Shown: piece by piece, positions 1 to 12,555 of the stretch
How the letters are laid out: every line of letters starts with the position of its first letter
Numbering within the stretch: position 1 is the stretch's first letter
Source of the DNA: Octopus sinensis
Taxonomy: Eukaryota
Direction of reading: 5' to 3'
Assembly: GCF_006345805.1 (NCBI RefSeq)
Contig: NC_043007.1
Location: forward strand, 12,152,001-12,216,000
DNA: 64,000 bases
Program-made: the position numbers and the translations under genes
The notes under the pieces: generated by a model
Told to the model about the DNA's origin: nothing
Databases searched by the model: none
Seen by the model: only the letters and a program-made list of their open reading frames with translations

Positions 1-23
1 TTTAAAAAAAGGGCTGCACTTAC

Positions 24-147
24 TGAAAGGAAAGCATGAACTAAATCTGCTTTCACTTGACTCAAGGGTTTGTCACGTACGATAACAAAGTGATGTTCTT
101 CTCGCTCTGTTCCCATTAGAGCACCAAACCATGACCGTTTTGTCATT
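24..147 (-). CDS. BRSK1/2: BRSK/SAD kinase exon (AIS SWFG motif and start of KA1); gene continues left of window
   Basis: catattttcag|A ATG...CTT TCA|gtaagt; 124 nt, phase 2/0; MTKRSWFGALMGTEREEHHFVIVRDKPLSQVKADLVHAFLS matches the recalled LAKKSWFG...DKPLSSIKADIVHAFLS. Confidence 0.97.
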
Positions 148-194
148 CTGAAAATATGAACATAGTTTTACAGCCACAGCAACAATGACAACAT

Positions 195-257
<63 letters not shown>

Positions 258-260
258 TAA

Positions 261-489
261 TATTAGGGAATAAATCCAAATTTACGGACAAATCAATTTA
301 GGATTAAATCCAATTTATAGTAAAATATTATAAAATATTATTAGAGACAAACACTATTTGCAAAACAAACAAGGAAAGACTTAATCAAGACATAAAATTT
401 AATAAACACCTAATTTATTAAATTTTATGTATTGATTAAGTATTTCCTTGTTTGTTTTGCAAAATAGTGGTTTTGTCTCTAATATATTT

Positions 490-490
<1 letters not shown>
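261..490. repeat. Foldback element in (TA)n
   Basis: Inverted arms 339-408 and 416-484 around a ~7-nt loop. Confidence 0.85.
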
Positions 491-521
<31 letters not shown>

Positions 522-523
522 AT

Positions 524-625
524 AAAATTTTTCGAAAAAATTCTATCAACGGCCAGCATATTAAAAAATACCTTTAAATGTTAAATTTATAAACAACTTA
601 TAAACAAGGGCCCTTGTCTATAAGT

Positions 626-628
<3 letters not shown>
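524..628. repeat. Collapsed foldback end related to 58393-59005
   Basis: 524-611 is the reverse complement of 58917-59005; ends in a 36-nt palindrome at 593-628. Confidence 0.8.
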
Positions 629-711
<83 letters not shown>

Positions 712-738
712 GGGGTTTGTATGATTGTGTACGGAGGG

Positions 739-871
739 ATATATATTATTCAAAGGAATTCCAAGTCAGTTTGTTTTATGTTTTATTATATTCTATATTC
801 TACATTAATATTATAAAACATATAAATAAAACATAAAAAACAGACAGAATTGGAATTCCTTTGAATAATAT
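739..871. repeat. Foldback element in (TA)n
   Basis: atatattattcaaaggaattccaa...ttggaattcctttgaataatatat inverted arms. Confidence 0.85.
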
Positions 872-1196
872 ATATATATATATATAATGTGTATGTTTAT
901 TATAAAAGGTAGAAAAGCATAAATTTCACAGATAGATCATCAGTTAAGTACTTTCAACAGCTATTTCATTAGGAATAAGCATAACCAATTCAATAATTAC
1001 ATAATTAAGACACATAATTCATGAAAATTAATTTAATCTGAATGCCTAAAGAGTTAGAGTACATAAACGCCATTATATTCAGATTTTTTTGAGATAGTAT
1101 TGTACAATAATATAATGTGATGGAGGGTCTCTGTTGTGCATTGAAGACCTGGTCACAGACACAATTCCCAAAAAAGTTACCAAAACATTTACTCAC

Positions 1197-1242
1197 TCAG
1201 GAGAGGATTCAGGAGTACAACCAAGATCGTCGCTCGTAGGAA
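1197..1242 (-). CDS. BRSK1/2: BRSK/SAD kinase exon (VPT..TPESSPE)
   Basis: ttatttttgcag|TT CCT...CCT GA|gtgagt; 46 nt, phase 1/2; (V)PTSDDLGCTPESSP(E) matches the recalled VPTPEEMSNLTPESSPE. Confidence 0.95.
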
Positions 1243-1394
1243 CTGCAAAAATAAAATTAATTTAGACATACATTTCATAAAACATCAATACTTTTCATAA
1301 AACAAAGAATTATCACATTTCTACAGAAATTTTTTCTAAAAAAGAAATAAAAGAAAAACAGGAAAAAATAACCATGTTGTTTATTTCCTCTTAA

Positions 1395-1624
1395 CCCTTT
1401 TGATACCAAACCATCTGGCACTACCCTTGGTTCTATGACTTCTGTGACACAAACTTCCTGATGAAAATGATCTATATTAAAAATGTCCATTAAAATTTCA
1501 TGGTCATTATGTTACAAATACCACTTTTAATCATGGTAAAGGTATTTTTTTAAATTCTTCATTATTTTCAAAAGTAAATGAAACAAAAAAAGGGCAATTT
1601 ACCAGAAATATGATAACAAAAGGG
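1395..1624 (-). mobile_element. MITE family F, reverse orientation
   Basis: ttaa|cccttttgatacc...ataacaaaaggg|ttca. Confidence 0.7.
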
Positions 1625-1959
1625 TTCAGCAAATGCAGAAAGTTAAATTGCTAAACTAGAAATCCAATAATTTTCTACATATATTTTATACATATACATA
1701 CATATACCCAGGTCTATTCCCCATTTTTTAGGAGGGGGTAGCCACAACAAGACACACACCAGGCATTCCATTCATTTCCCAGCTCAGAGAGGCAAGCCCT
1801 GTCCTATGCTCGGGTCAAGGCATAGAGCATGACTCCCAATATCAGTAACAGGGCCCAATAGCATATGTTGGTTTACCCCTGTTGCATCATGATGGTTCCG
1901 TACCTCTTTGAGCAACACTAAATTCACTCACCCATCCACAAACACTCTCCAAGCTTTCC

Positions 1960-2222
1960 TTTTTTTATGACAGACTTTTATGACAGAATAATTCTACTTT
2001 TATGACAGAAGCACTGCATCCTTCAAAACTTCCATGCTTCCTGAGATTCGCCAACACTACACCTGATTTTCTCCCCTCCATACACACGCAAGCATCTATC
2101 TGACTCATACACTGTTCGCTTTCTAGACATTTGTACATTACTGCATATACTTTATACACACTTTTGACAAGTTGTGGTGCACCTGAGCACTGTATACTAT
2201 AATATACAGTATTATTATTATT
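1960..2222 (+). mobile_element. Probable LINE 3' end with (TAT)n tail
   Basis: Ends gcactgtatactataatatacag-tattattattatt; the terminal part is duplicated in tandem. Confidence 0.4.
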
Positions 2223-2555
2223 TTAAGCAACACAAATGTTTCCATTGCCATTTCTATTAAGATTACCTGCAAACTTTACTCAGCACTATTTCCAGTCTCA
2301 TAAAAATTCTTCTCTTACACACAACATTCCTAGATTCCTTCCAGACATTTGTATATTACTGCATATACTTTATACACACTTTTGACAAGTTGTGGTGCAC
2401 CTGAGCACTGTATACTATAATATACATTATTATTATTATTTTAAGCAACACAAATGTTTCCATTGCCATTTCTATTAAGATTACCTGCAAACTTTACTCA
2501 GCACTATTTTCAGTCTCATAAAAATTCTTCTCTTACACACAACATTCCCAGATTC
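2121..2555. repeat. Tandem duplication of about 218 bp
   Basis: 2121-2338 is nearly identical to 2339-2555. Confidence 0.9.
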
Positions 2556-2849
2556 CAAAACTTCTTGCCAATTGCATGGTTTGAAGAATATTGGGAAGAC
2601 CTGATACAAGCATGAAATAATAATAATAGTGTCCAACTTGAACACAATGTCAGAATTTTGTGGGGAGGGGGAACAGTTGATGATATTATCTCCAACATTT
2701 GATTGGTCTTTCACTTTCTAACCTAGGAAGGATGAAGACCAAGGATGATCCTGACAGGATTTGAACTCGGATCGTACAGAGCAAGGTATATTATCTCACA
2801 CTGGAATAATTTTGCCAATCCAATAACTGTTAGTTAATCCAGAGCTACC

Positions 2850-4090
2850 TAATAATCTTTCCTGCTATTTTGGGGCCTGCAATTTTGGGGGAAGGGGCAG
2901 TTGGTTGCATCAACCCCTGTGCTCAACTGGTATTTTATTTTATTGACCCTGTGGAATTTGAACTCAGAATGTAATGCCAGACGAAATGCCACTAAGCACT
3001 TCGACAGGTGTGCTAACAACAATCCTGCCAGTTTGCCATCTTAGTGTTCCCTAATAATCCTTTCTCCTATAGGCACAAGGCCTGAAATTTGGGCGAGAGG
3101 GCTAGTCAATTACATCGACCCCAGTGTTTCACTGGTACTTAATTTATCAACCCTGAAAGGATGAAAGGCAAAGTGGACCTCAGCAGAATTTGTAATAATA
3201 ATAATCCTTTCTACTATAGGCCTGAAATTTGGGGGAGGGAACTAGTTGATTACATCGACCCCAGTGTTTCACTGGTACTTAATTTATCGACCCTGAAAGG
3301 ATGACAGGCAAAGTCAACTTCGGTGAGATTTGAACTCAGAACATCAAGGTAAACGGAATGCCACTCAGCATTTCACCTGGTGTGCTAACAATCCTGCCAC
3401 CTTGGTATTCTGTAATGATAATTGTTTCTAAATTAGATATAATGCCAACAGTTTTGGGGGAGAGGGTTCGTTGATTAAATCAACCCTTGTACTTTATTTT
3501 ATTGACCCCAAATGGATGAAAGGCAACACGAGCTCAGAAACTAAAATGATGACCAAAATACTGCAAGGTACATTTTCCAAACATTCTAACCGTTTTGCCC
3601 CACCACTGCCATACAACACCCGCTTATAATGGTTTCTCGTTTAAAGACAAAGCCAGCAATTTTGAGGGGAGATGGTAAATTGATACCTATTTCAATTTCT
3701 TTACTACCCACAAGGGGCTAAACACAGAGGGGACAAACAAGGGCAGGCAAACGGATTAAGTCGATTATATCAACCCCAGTGCATAACTGGTACTTATTTA
3801 ATCGACCCCGAAAGGATGAAAGGTAAAGTCGACCTCGGCGGAATTTGAACTCAGAACGTAGTGGCAGACAAAATACTGCTAAGTATTTCACCCGGCATGC
3901 TAACAATTCTGCCAGCTCGCCGCCTTTAATGGTAAGTTGATACCATGAACCTTAGTATGATTGATGCTTGTTTTACTAACATGGAAAGATAAAAGGCTAA
4001 GTTTACCCTGGCAGGATTTGAACCCAGAACATAAAGAACCATTTAGTCTATAGCTTTAATGCTTCCGCCAGCTCGCTGTCCTTGACAACA
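2850..4090 (-). mobile_element. Stack of about six SINE family B copies, including a long form at 3695-3924
   Basis: Repeated tttgaactcagaac (B-box gttctgagttcaaattcc on minus) and cgaccc/aaaggatgaaaggc segments, all in the same orientation. Confidence 0.8.
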
Positions 4091-4329
4091 ACACTCTCTA
4101 AAAATAACAATAGTATATATCCACGAAAAATAAATTCCTTTGCAAGGAAATTCTAAGATGTGTCACACATCACCTGCAAGCTTCTTCTTTCTTCGTGGAT
4201 AATACAAGTCTTCTGAAGGAATCAGAACACCACAAATAGCAACATCAGTCAGAAAATATCAGTCCAAGTAAATCCACCATAAATACCAGCCTATTTTGAG
4301 CTACCTGAAGTACTGTGGTTCTTTTAAGT

Positions 4330-4745
4330 CTCCTGTCTATAATCAATCAGGTGTTAAGTAAATTTAGTGTGCTGGGTGAAGTTCAGGGAATGTGGGGCAT
4401 TATTATGTGGGTTAAAAGGTTCTCGTTGAAGACGAAAGGAAAGGTCTATAGGAGTAGTGTGAGAGCTGCAATGCTGTGTGGGAGGGAGACAAGGTGTTTG
4501 AAGGAGAGAGAGAGAAAGGGAGAGAGAGAGTGAGAGAAAGAGAGAGAGAGAGAGAGACAGAGAGAGAGATGGTAATTTGGAGAAGGACTGAGAGAGCAGT
4601 GGTGAGAGAAATGTGTGGTGTGAGGTTGTTTGATAAGAGGAGGACTGAGGACTTGATGGGGGCATGCTGGGGCTGGAAGGATCAGTAGATGGGATTTGAA
4701 CTCTGAGTGTAGAGACCCAGAATAATTACCACAAAGCAACCCATC
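4330..4745 (+). mobile_element. RTE-clade LINE 3' ORF remnant interrupted by (GA)n
   Basis: KGKVYRSSVRAAMLCGRET...RRTERAVVREMCGVRL resembles the RTE post-RT KGKVY..V.S.MLYGSETW..ER.M.RWMCGV motif. Confidence 0.7.
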
Positions 4746-4769
4746 CAATGACTCTGAATCAGTAGCTTT

Positions 4770-5205
4770 GCATGTACATGTGTGTGTGTGTGTGTATGTG
4801 TGTGTGTTTGTGTGTATGTGTGTGTGTGGTTATACAGACATATATACATGTGTAAATATATATATACACATATATATGTACACACACACTAACATACACA
4901 CAAACACACACACTAACACACACACAACCCCCTAAACACACTCACTAACACACAAACACACACACATACAAACACACACACATACAAACACACACACATA
5001 TATACGAATACACACACACATACACCAACACACACACTAATACACACAGAAACACACACACAAACACACACATGCGAACACACACACAAACACTCACACA
5101 CATACACAGACAAACCCTCACAAACGCCCCACACACACACTCACTAACACACAAACACACACAAACAAAAACACACACACACAAACACACATTTAAACAC
5201 ACATA
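4770..5205. repeat. (TG)n/(CA)n compound microsatellite
   Basis: Direct inspection. Confidence 0.9.
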
Positions 5206-6099
5206 GTCATAACTGATTCATGTCAACAGAATTCTATAAGATACAAATTTCATCCAATTCGTGACAAACAACCAAAAATTAGTCACCTTTCAATTTTAGT
5301 TTCCATAGCAATGCATGCATCCAAACAATTAACATTTCCAGGTATTAATTTGAAATCAAAATTTTACAATATTAATTAAAAGAAATTAGTCATCATTAAC
5401 AAACGACCTGAGATGATACAATAAAATGGCAAACCAATAAAAATCATTCAATTCAAAGACCACAGTAAAACCTGGAGACAACAATGAAATTGTCCCAAAT
5501 AAAATAGCTCTTAGGTAAGGTTCTTCAACTTTGAGCTTATTTTAACCCTTTATATTCTGAGTTCAAATCTTGTTAGGATCAATATTGACTTTCATCCTTG
5601 AAAGGTCGATAAAATAAAGCACCGTTATGTACAGAGGTTGGTGAAATAGTTGATTAAATCTCCTCTCCTCAAAATTGTTTTTAAGAGAGACAGGAGGTGA
5701 CAGATGTGTGCATACAGAATAGTAAGTCGATGCTGTTGTACTGGAGTTATGAAATGGAATGGAGGTGGAAGTGGGGGTCAGTGAATTTGTGTGCATTCAA
5801 GGGCGCAAAGCTTCACGTGTTCCAACGCATCGTTATGCAAATATGATTATGTGTGCATGCAATGTGTTCCTGTTGAATTTCTTCCTCAACAACATCTCCT
5901 CCCGACACCCCCTCCCACTATTTGCATCCGCTCGATGCAATCTCTTCCCTCCCCACCACCCTTCATGCACCTTTCGCAATCCCTTGAACTTACCCACACA
6001 CTCACCCTATCCAACCCTTGGCCCAACTTCACTTACATGCGCCTCCCTGTATGTTGGGTGTACCCCCACCCCATCACATCTTCACCATCTTATTCCCCC

Positions 6100-6240
6100 T
6101 CTCTCGCTTCTCTCTCTCTTTTCTTTCTTCTCTCTCTCTTTTCTTTCTTCTCTCTCTCTTTTCTTTCTTCTCTCTCTCTTTTCTTTCTTCTCTCTCTTTC
6201 CTCTTTCTTCTCTCCCTATCTTCCTCCCCTCTCTCTCTCC
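6100..6240. repeat. CT-rich polypyrimidine tract with 20-bp periodicity
   Basis: (tctctctcttttctttcttc)n. Confidence 0.85.
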
Positions 6241-6409
6241 CCAGCTAAGGTAGTCATAATTCTCTTCCACTGCAAGACATCTATTTTTGTCTCTCTATTC
6301 AGACTTTAACCTCTCATAACATAGCCACCCCCCCCCATACTACTCCCTGTTCTGTCAGGGTGGGGTGCCTTGCCAGTTACTTGGTGTCCTCACTGCTGCT
6401 GCTGCCATG

Positions 6410-6600
6410 TAAAAGAAACACAGCACCCAGTACACTCTGTAAAGTGGTTGGCATTGGGAAGGGCATCCAGCCATAGAAACCATCCCAAAGCAGACAAATG
6501 GAGCTTGGTGCAGTCTTCTGCTTTGCCATTCGCTGTTAAACTGTCCAACCCATGCAAGCATAGGAAGAGGATGTCAACTTATGACAATGATGCTGATGGT
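6410..6600 (+). mobile_element. Repeat family C (ggttggc.ttaggaagggcatccagc core, (GAT)n tail)
   Basis: Shared core and gatgatgat tail; the core resembles the Meta/MESC-type SINE central domain (from memory, unverified). Confidence 0.75.
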
Positions 6601-6654
6601 GATCATGGTAGTGGTGATGGTAATGATGGTGGTGATAATGATGAAGACAATGAT

Positions 6655-7043
6655 GAGCTGGCAGAAACGTTAGCACGCCGGGCAGAATGCTTAGTGATAT
6701 TTCGTCTGCCGTTACATTCTGAGTTCAAATTCTGCCAAGGTCAACTTTGCCTTTTATCCTTTTGGGGTCAATTAAATAAGTACCAGTTATGCACTGGGGT
6801 TGATGTAATCGACTTAATCTGTTTGTCTGTCCTTGTTTGTCCCCTCTGTGTAGCCCCTTGTGGGCAGTAAAGAAATAGGTATTTCATCTGCCGTTACGTT
6901 CTGAGTTCAAATTCCGCTGAGGTCAACTTTGCCTTTCCTCCTTTCGAGGTCAATAAATTAAATACCAGTTGCGTACTGGATTGATCTAATCAACTAGCCC
7001 CCTTCCCCCAAAAATTTCAGCCCTTGTGCCTAGAGTAGAAAAG
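6655..7043 (+). mobile_element. SINE family B dimer (long unit plus short-tail unit)
   Basis: gagctggcagaaacgttagc A-box-like head, gttcaaattc B-box; second unit restarts at gtatttcatctgcc. Confidence 0.85.
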
Positions 7044-8541
7044 AATGATGGTGATAATATATACACACACATGCACATACATATACATTAGTGAAGACCA
7101 GATGCTGGAAACAGTAACCACAAATATTATGAAATGTTAGCATACACACACACACAGACACATACATACATATATACACACCCATATAGACATGCATGCA
7201 TACCAACATACATCTATATACACTTAAATATGTTAGAAAAAAACTAGCAACAGATACCTTCAGAAAGCTACCGAAATAATTAACATTTATTTAAATTCCA
7301 TCTTGTTAACTTTTTATTTCTATTTAATTATTTTTACCAGAATAAAAGTGGGAAATTGCTGATATCTTGTAGAATTCTACACAGTAAAGAGCAATTTGGT
7401 AACAGAGGAATAACCCTAAATAAAATATGTTCAAAACGATAAATTATTGATGAAAATGATTATTGATTTCAATAAATAACAGGTTCAAATGCGATATTGG
7501 TAAAGAGAATTCTGTCCTGCACTGCAAGATATCTCAAAATCATCATCAATAATGTTTTATATCTGCTTTGCATCTTGGCAAGGGTTGCACAGTTGTTACT
7601 ACACTCCTAGGTGGGTCAGAGGACCACATTTCATTCAAAGGTTTCACTTAAGGTTTGGTGAAAATAAAACACTGTAAATTGGTTGTTGATAGGAAGGGCT
7701 GGATGCCTTCCCTCATGGCAACCTCTTTACAAAATGAACTGCATGCAATATTTTTGTGGCACCAGCACTAGAGAGGTTGCCATGTTTTCAAAAAAGGTCA
7801 AAGCAATCTTTTCACCCACTACTTTCCACAACCCTCTGAAAAATTTCCCCAAAATTAAACACTAACATTTCACATATAGTCTTGCATTATTAGCAATAAT
7901 GATGATAAATTTTCAGGCTTCAGTGATTTACAATTAAATCCCCTAAAACTGCAGATGTTAGCTTTCAGTAAATCAAATCTAGAACCCATTCTTTTTAATG
8001 CTTAAATGGAACTATTTTACTTAGGACATAACATTTTCCTTTCTAGCATCACCTCCACCCTTCAGATCTCACGATCCAAGTCTGTCCAAAATATCATTAT
8101 ATGTTAAATTACACACTCGCTCGATAAATAATCTTATATAGTAACTTAGATGTGAATTACCAGAATTCAAATATGGTATTTAAAATGTTTTTTGTAAGTT
8201 ATAGTTTAAGTAATTTAGAAAAGTAATTTATAAAAACAAGAGAAAAAAAACATTTTTCATAAAATGTTTTACACACAAAAATAAAGAATGGTAAGAATGT
8301 CAAAAAAAAATGACTCAAATCTCAGATAAAAACAGAATGTTGTTTAGGTTTGGCTCGGTTGTTAGTAAAGCAGTTATTACAGCAGTGACAAGAGCTGGTA
8401 ACGAGGGATAACAGCGAGGCTGTGTCCGGGGACCATGCAGCAGTTGCTAACCAGCAACGCTTTGAATTCCTACATGCCGATAATATAATTCACCTGAGAT
8501 CTGATCCATTTCAAAAAGAAGGCCATTGTGGTAGGGAATAC

Positions 8542-8744
8542 CTTGTAGTTTGCGTCTGTGAAAGCGAGGAGATCCCAGAAAACTGTTTTTAATAGTATGA
8601 AGACGAGTTTTCCATGGTGCTGGAGTGATTCTTGGGGAGGTTGGAGGAGTGTTAGTAGGGCTGTTAGTAGGTGTAGCACGTTGAGACAACTTTGGACTTG
8701 ATAGGGGTGATGAACCAGGGCTTCCTGTTATGCTGGCTTTTCTC
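8542..8744 (-). CDS. BRSK1/2: BRSK/SAD kinase exon (Ser/Pro-rich linker plus [16 protein letters not shown])
   Basis: tattttactttag|G AGA...CAA G|gtattc; 203 nt, phase 2/1; ends [24 protein letters not shown], the family signature. Confidence 0.97.
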
Positions 8745-8887
8745 CTAAAGTAAAATATAAACAAACGAAAATAACAATTTGAACCAAAAAAAAAAAAGAA
8801 CATCTTCAAAGAATATTAATTCATTACAATTCTTAAAATTATATTTATATTTATGAAGATTAAATAATCCAAGTATATTTTTCAATG

Positions 8888-9215
8888 TTTGTGTGTATAT
8901 GCATCATGTGCGTGTGTGTGTGTATGTGCATATATGTACACTCACAGACATATACATACACACATGCATACGCGCACACATGCATGCACACACACACACA
9001 CTTACTCACACACACACTCACTCACATACACTCATTCACACACAGTCACTCACACACAGTCACACACATTCATGCACACACTCATTCACACACACACACT
9101 CACTCACATACACTCATTCACACACAGTCACACACTCACTCACTCACACAGTCACACACATACTCACACATACACACACACACTCACACACACACACAAA
9201 TACACTCACACACAT
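8888..9215. repeat. (CA)n-rich compound microsatellite
   Basis: Direct inspection; reads UG-rich on the BRSK pre-mRNA upstream of the 8744 acceptor. Confidence 0.9.
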
Positions 9216-9784
9216 GTGAATAGCTGGTTGTTGAGTTCTGTATAAATTAGCTGGAAACCCTCAACACAAACTCCATATCAATGCAATACAGTAGAACGAG
9301 ACGCTATCTTTCTCTATAGAAGAATAATTTCTACTTCTTTACATACGTAGCAGTAAATTAACCACTTGAAATATAGTACTTAACGTAGTGGAAACTTATA
9401 AATGTGCCATGCATATGAATTGGTGAGTGATACCAGTGGTAACTAGTTGACTTTTATGACTAAGGAACAAAATAAAACTTAGTGAAGATACTAATGGTTA
9501 CATAAACCTATAGCTGGAAATAATGAAAGTATGTTTAGTTTACTCAATGAAAAGACGCTGTTACATAAAAAATATTGATCAAAAATCAAAGGTGGTTATC
9601 GATGCCTTTGAATAATGTAAATCAGTCGGAGGTGCGTAGGGAGTGAAATGAAAAGCTGAAACGACATGCAGAGGCTTGTGTTGTGTTAAAGTACAATTAA
9701 CGAGTTGATTGAAATGCAACGATAATGAAAACAAAGGCATAGTGAAGAATAACACTTTCTCTCATAAAACAAAAATAAAAATAT

Positions 9785-9796
9785 AATACATACATA

Positions 9797-9827
<31 letters not shown>

Positions 9828-9852
9828 AAAACATATATATATAATTATATAT

Positions 9853-9886
<34 letters not shown>

Positions 9887-10005
9887 AAACATATATATAT
9901 AATTATATATATATATGTATATGTATATATATATATGTATGTATGTATGTATATATATATATGTATGTATATATATGTGTGTGTGTGTGTGTGTATATGT
10001 ATGTG

Positions 10006-10063
<58 letters not shown>

Positions 10064-11019
10064 CATGCATATGTGTGTGTGGTGTGTGTGTGTGTGTGTG
10101 TATACAGTGTGCAGTGAATAAACTTTCGTCTAAATTACGCAAAAATGAAAATAATACTGACATCTCATTGTAACAGATATATTTACCAAAATGACATAAA
10201 AATATCTAGAAATACTAAAGAGTAAATTTTCAATAAAGTTGATATTGGTTTCAACCACGGCCTCCAAACAACTTTGGAATCTGCTGCAACTTTTCTGGAT
10301 GGTCTCCTTCTTTAAGTTGGTGAATGCTGCCATAATCCTTGCCTTCAATTCATCTTTGGTGTTACAAGGAGTTTTGTTGGTCTCTCACTCAACTGCACTC
10401 CACCCATAATAATTAAGGGGTGTTGCAGTCCGGGGAGTTAGATGACCAGATGTTAGGGGTAATGTGGTTACAGAAATTGTCTCACAACCACAGCTGGGTT
10501 CCCCCTGCTTATGTGGTATGGTGCAGAGTCCTGTTGCCAGACATAGCGTCTTCCAGCAACCACCCTCTTGACCCAGGGTAGCACTACCTCCTCCAGGTAT
10601 TTGATGGAGGCCTCCAAGTTGAGTCTGAGGCTGTGTAGGAATATGAAAGGAAGCATAATGTCGCCATCACTAGTGATCACTCCAAACAACATGATGTTGA
10701 CTGGCTGTTTGATTACCATCGCTCTCAGTACATGTCCTCAGATTGCACTGTCGTCAGATTGACACCCAAACACTCTGAAATGTTCATATTGGAGCTTCCG
10801 GCGCAAATGCCAAGAAGTACAGCATGTTCTTTCCAAATTTCTAGCAGACTGAATTGCATAAAGGTGCTATTTTTCTCACAGACGGTGCTCAACTGACCCT
10901 ACTATACTGTGCAGTTGACAAAATCAAAAACAAACAATGTACATGCATGAAATAAAAAATATAAAATGGTGACATTGCACACTGTATGTATGTATGTGTA
11001 ATATATTATATATGTATAT

Positions 11020-11064
<45 letters not shown>

Positions 11065-11098
11065 GTGTATATATATATATATATATAATATGTATATA

Positions 11099-11149
<51 letters not shown>

Positions 11150-11182
11150 ATATATATATATATTATATATATATTATATATA

Positions 11183-11255
<73 letters not shown>
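9785..11255. repeat. (TA)n/(TG)n microsatellite field split by the Tc1/mariner insertion
   Basis: Microsatellite at 9785-10102 and 10985-11255. Confidence 0.9.
10105..10984 (-). mobile_element. Internally deleted Tc1/mariner (DDD-type, maT/rosa-like) transposon
   Basis: TA duplication on both sides (10103-10104, 10985-10986); termini CAGTGTGCA...TGCACACTG; broken transposase pieces MLFGVITSDG..YVWQQDSAP, WSSNSPDCN and FQSCLEAVVE. Confidence 0.85.
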
Positions 11256-11256
<1 letters not shown>

Positions 11257-11891
11257 CATATTACACAAACAAATTTAACACAAATTTAAACATTGACCAA
11301 TTAAGCATAGAAACACTTAACTACATATTTACAAAGAGAAACTATTCTGAAAATTATTGTAGCTGACTTAGGAAAAGTATCTTTCCATGAAAATACTTGA
11401 TATATAATTGAACAATGGGTATCATTATAATCCAACTACTTTCAGTGTCCATTATTTCTGTCAGGGTCATGGATGGCAGGGTTCTCAGACATGTCCTATA
11501 GAGTATCATAACAAAAGCAACACCTAGCAAATATTCCAACTGGATCCCCCAGTAATTCCAATCAAGGTTATGGATATTATTCAACCATCTTACCCTGAGG
11601 TCTACCCCTAAGTCTTTTAAGTGGTATGTGTGTGTGTGTGTGAAGAAGGTGTAAGTCAAATACATCATGTCAAAGTAATAATGAACAGTTAATTAAATTA
11701 AATTTCTTTTTAATCAGTTTAGTTAACAGAAAAATAAAAGGCAGTACCCATGACCTTTTTAATGGTCTCTGTAAAAGTTTGGAAGAAGTGAGACAGTTAT
11801 CCTCATATTAATGACTATCCCTAATATTAACTCAGCTAAATGCATGCAACGACAAGATGGCAGTGGTTTTAAACCCAGCAACAAAATAACT

Positions 11892-12105
11892 TATTTCTTT
11901 ATTGCCCACAAGGGGCTAAACATAGAGGGATCAAACAAAGGGATTAAGTCGATTACATCGACCCAGTGCATAACTGGTACTTAATTTATCGACCCCAAAA
12001 GGATGAAAAGCAAAGTCAACCTCGACGGAATTTGAACTCAGAACATAAAGACAGACGAAATACCGCTAAGTATTTCACCCAGCGTGCTAATGTTTCTGCC
12101 AGCTC
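11892..12105 (-). mobile_element. SINE family B, long form
   Basis: Colinear with other B copies. Confidence 0.85.
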
Positions 12106-12240
12106 AGGATTTCTTGTTAACACTTTCAGATATAGCTGTGTTAACTTCTCAACCAGCTTTAGCTATTCAACTGATTGCCAAAGATTTAATCCTTGACCAA
12201 TGTGAACCAGCAGCTCAAAGAGTGGACTGTGTCTTCTCTA

Positions 12241-12555
12241 TCATCATCATCATCATCGTTTAGCGTCCGTTTTCCATGCTAGCATGGGTTGGACGGTTCT
12301 ACTGGGGTCTGTGAAGCCAGAAGGCTTCATCAGGCCCAGTCAAATCTGGCAGTGTTTCTACGGCTGGATGCCCTTCCTAACGCCAACCACTCCGTGAGTG
12401 TAGTGGGTGCTTTTTACGTGCCACCCGCACAGGTGCCAGACAGAGCTGGCAAACGGCCACGAACTGATGGTGCTTTTTATGTGCCACCGGCACGAGGGCC
12501 AGGCAAGGCTGGCAACGGACACGAACGGATGGTGCTTTTTACGTGCCATCGGCAC
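12241..12555 (-). mobile_element. Repeat family C with internal ~60-bp subrepeats
   Basis: (CAT)n then gtttagcgtccgttttccatgctagc...gtgccacc repeats. Confidence 0.85.

Noticed and set aside
5759-6309. 164- and 172-aa plus-strand ORFs
   Set aside because: Their length comes from low-complexity C/T-rich sequence; no domain is recognisable.
9362-9379. 18-nt minus-strand microexon candidate
   Set aside because: It introduces an immediate stop in the required phase and its sites are mediocre.
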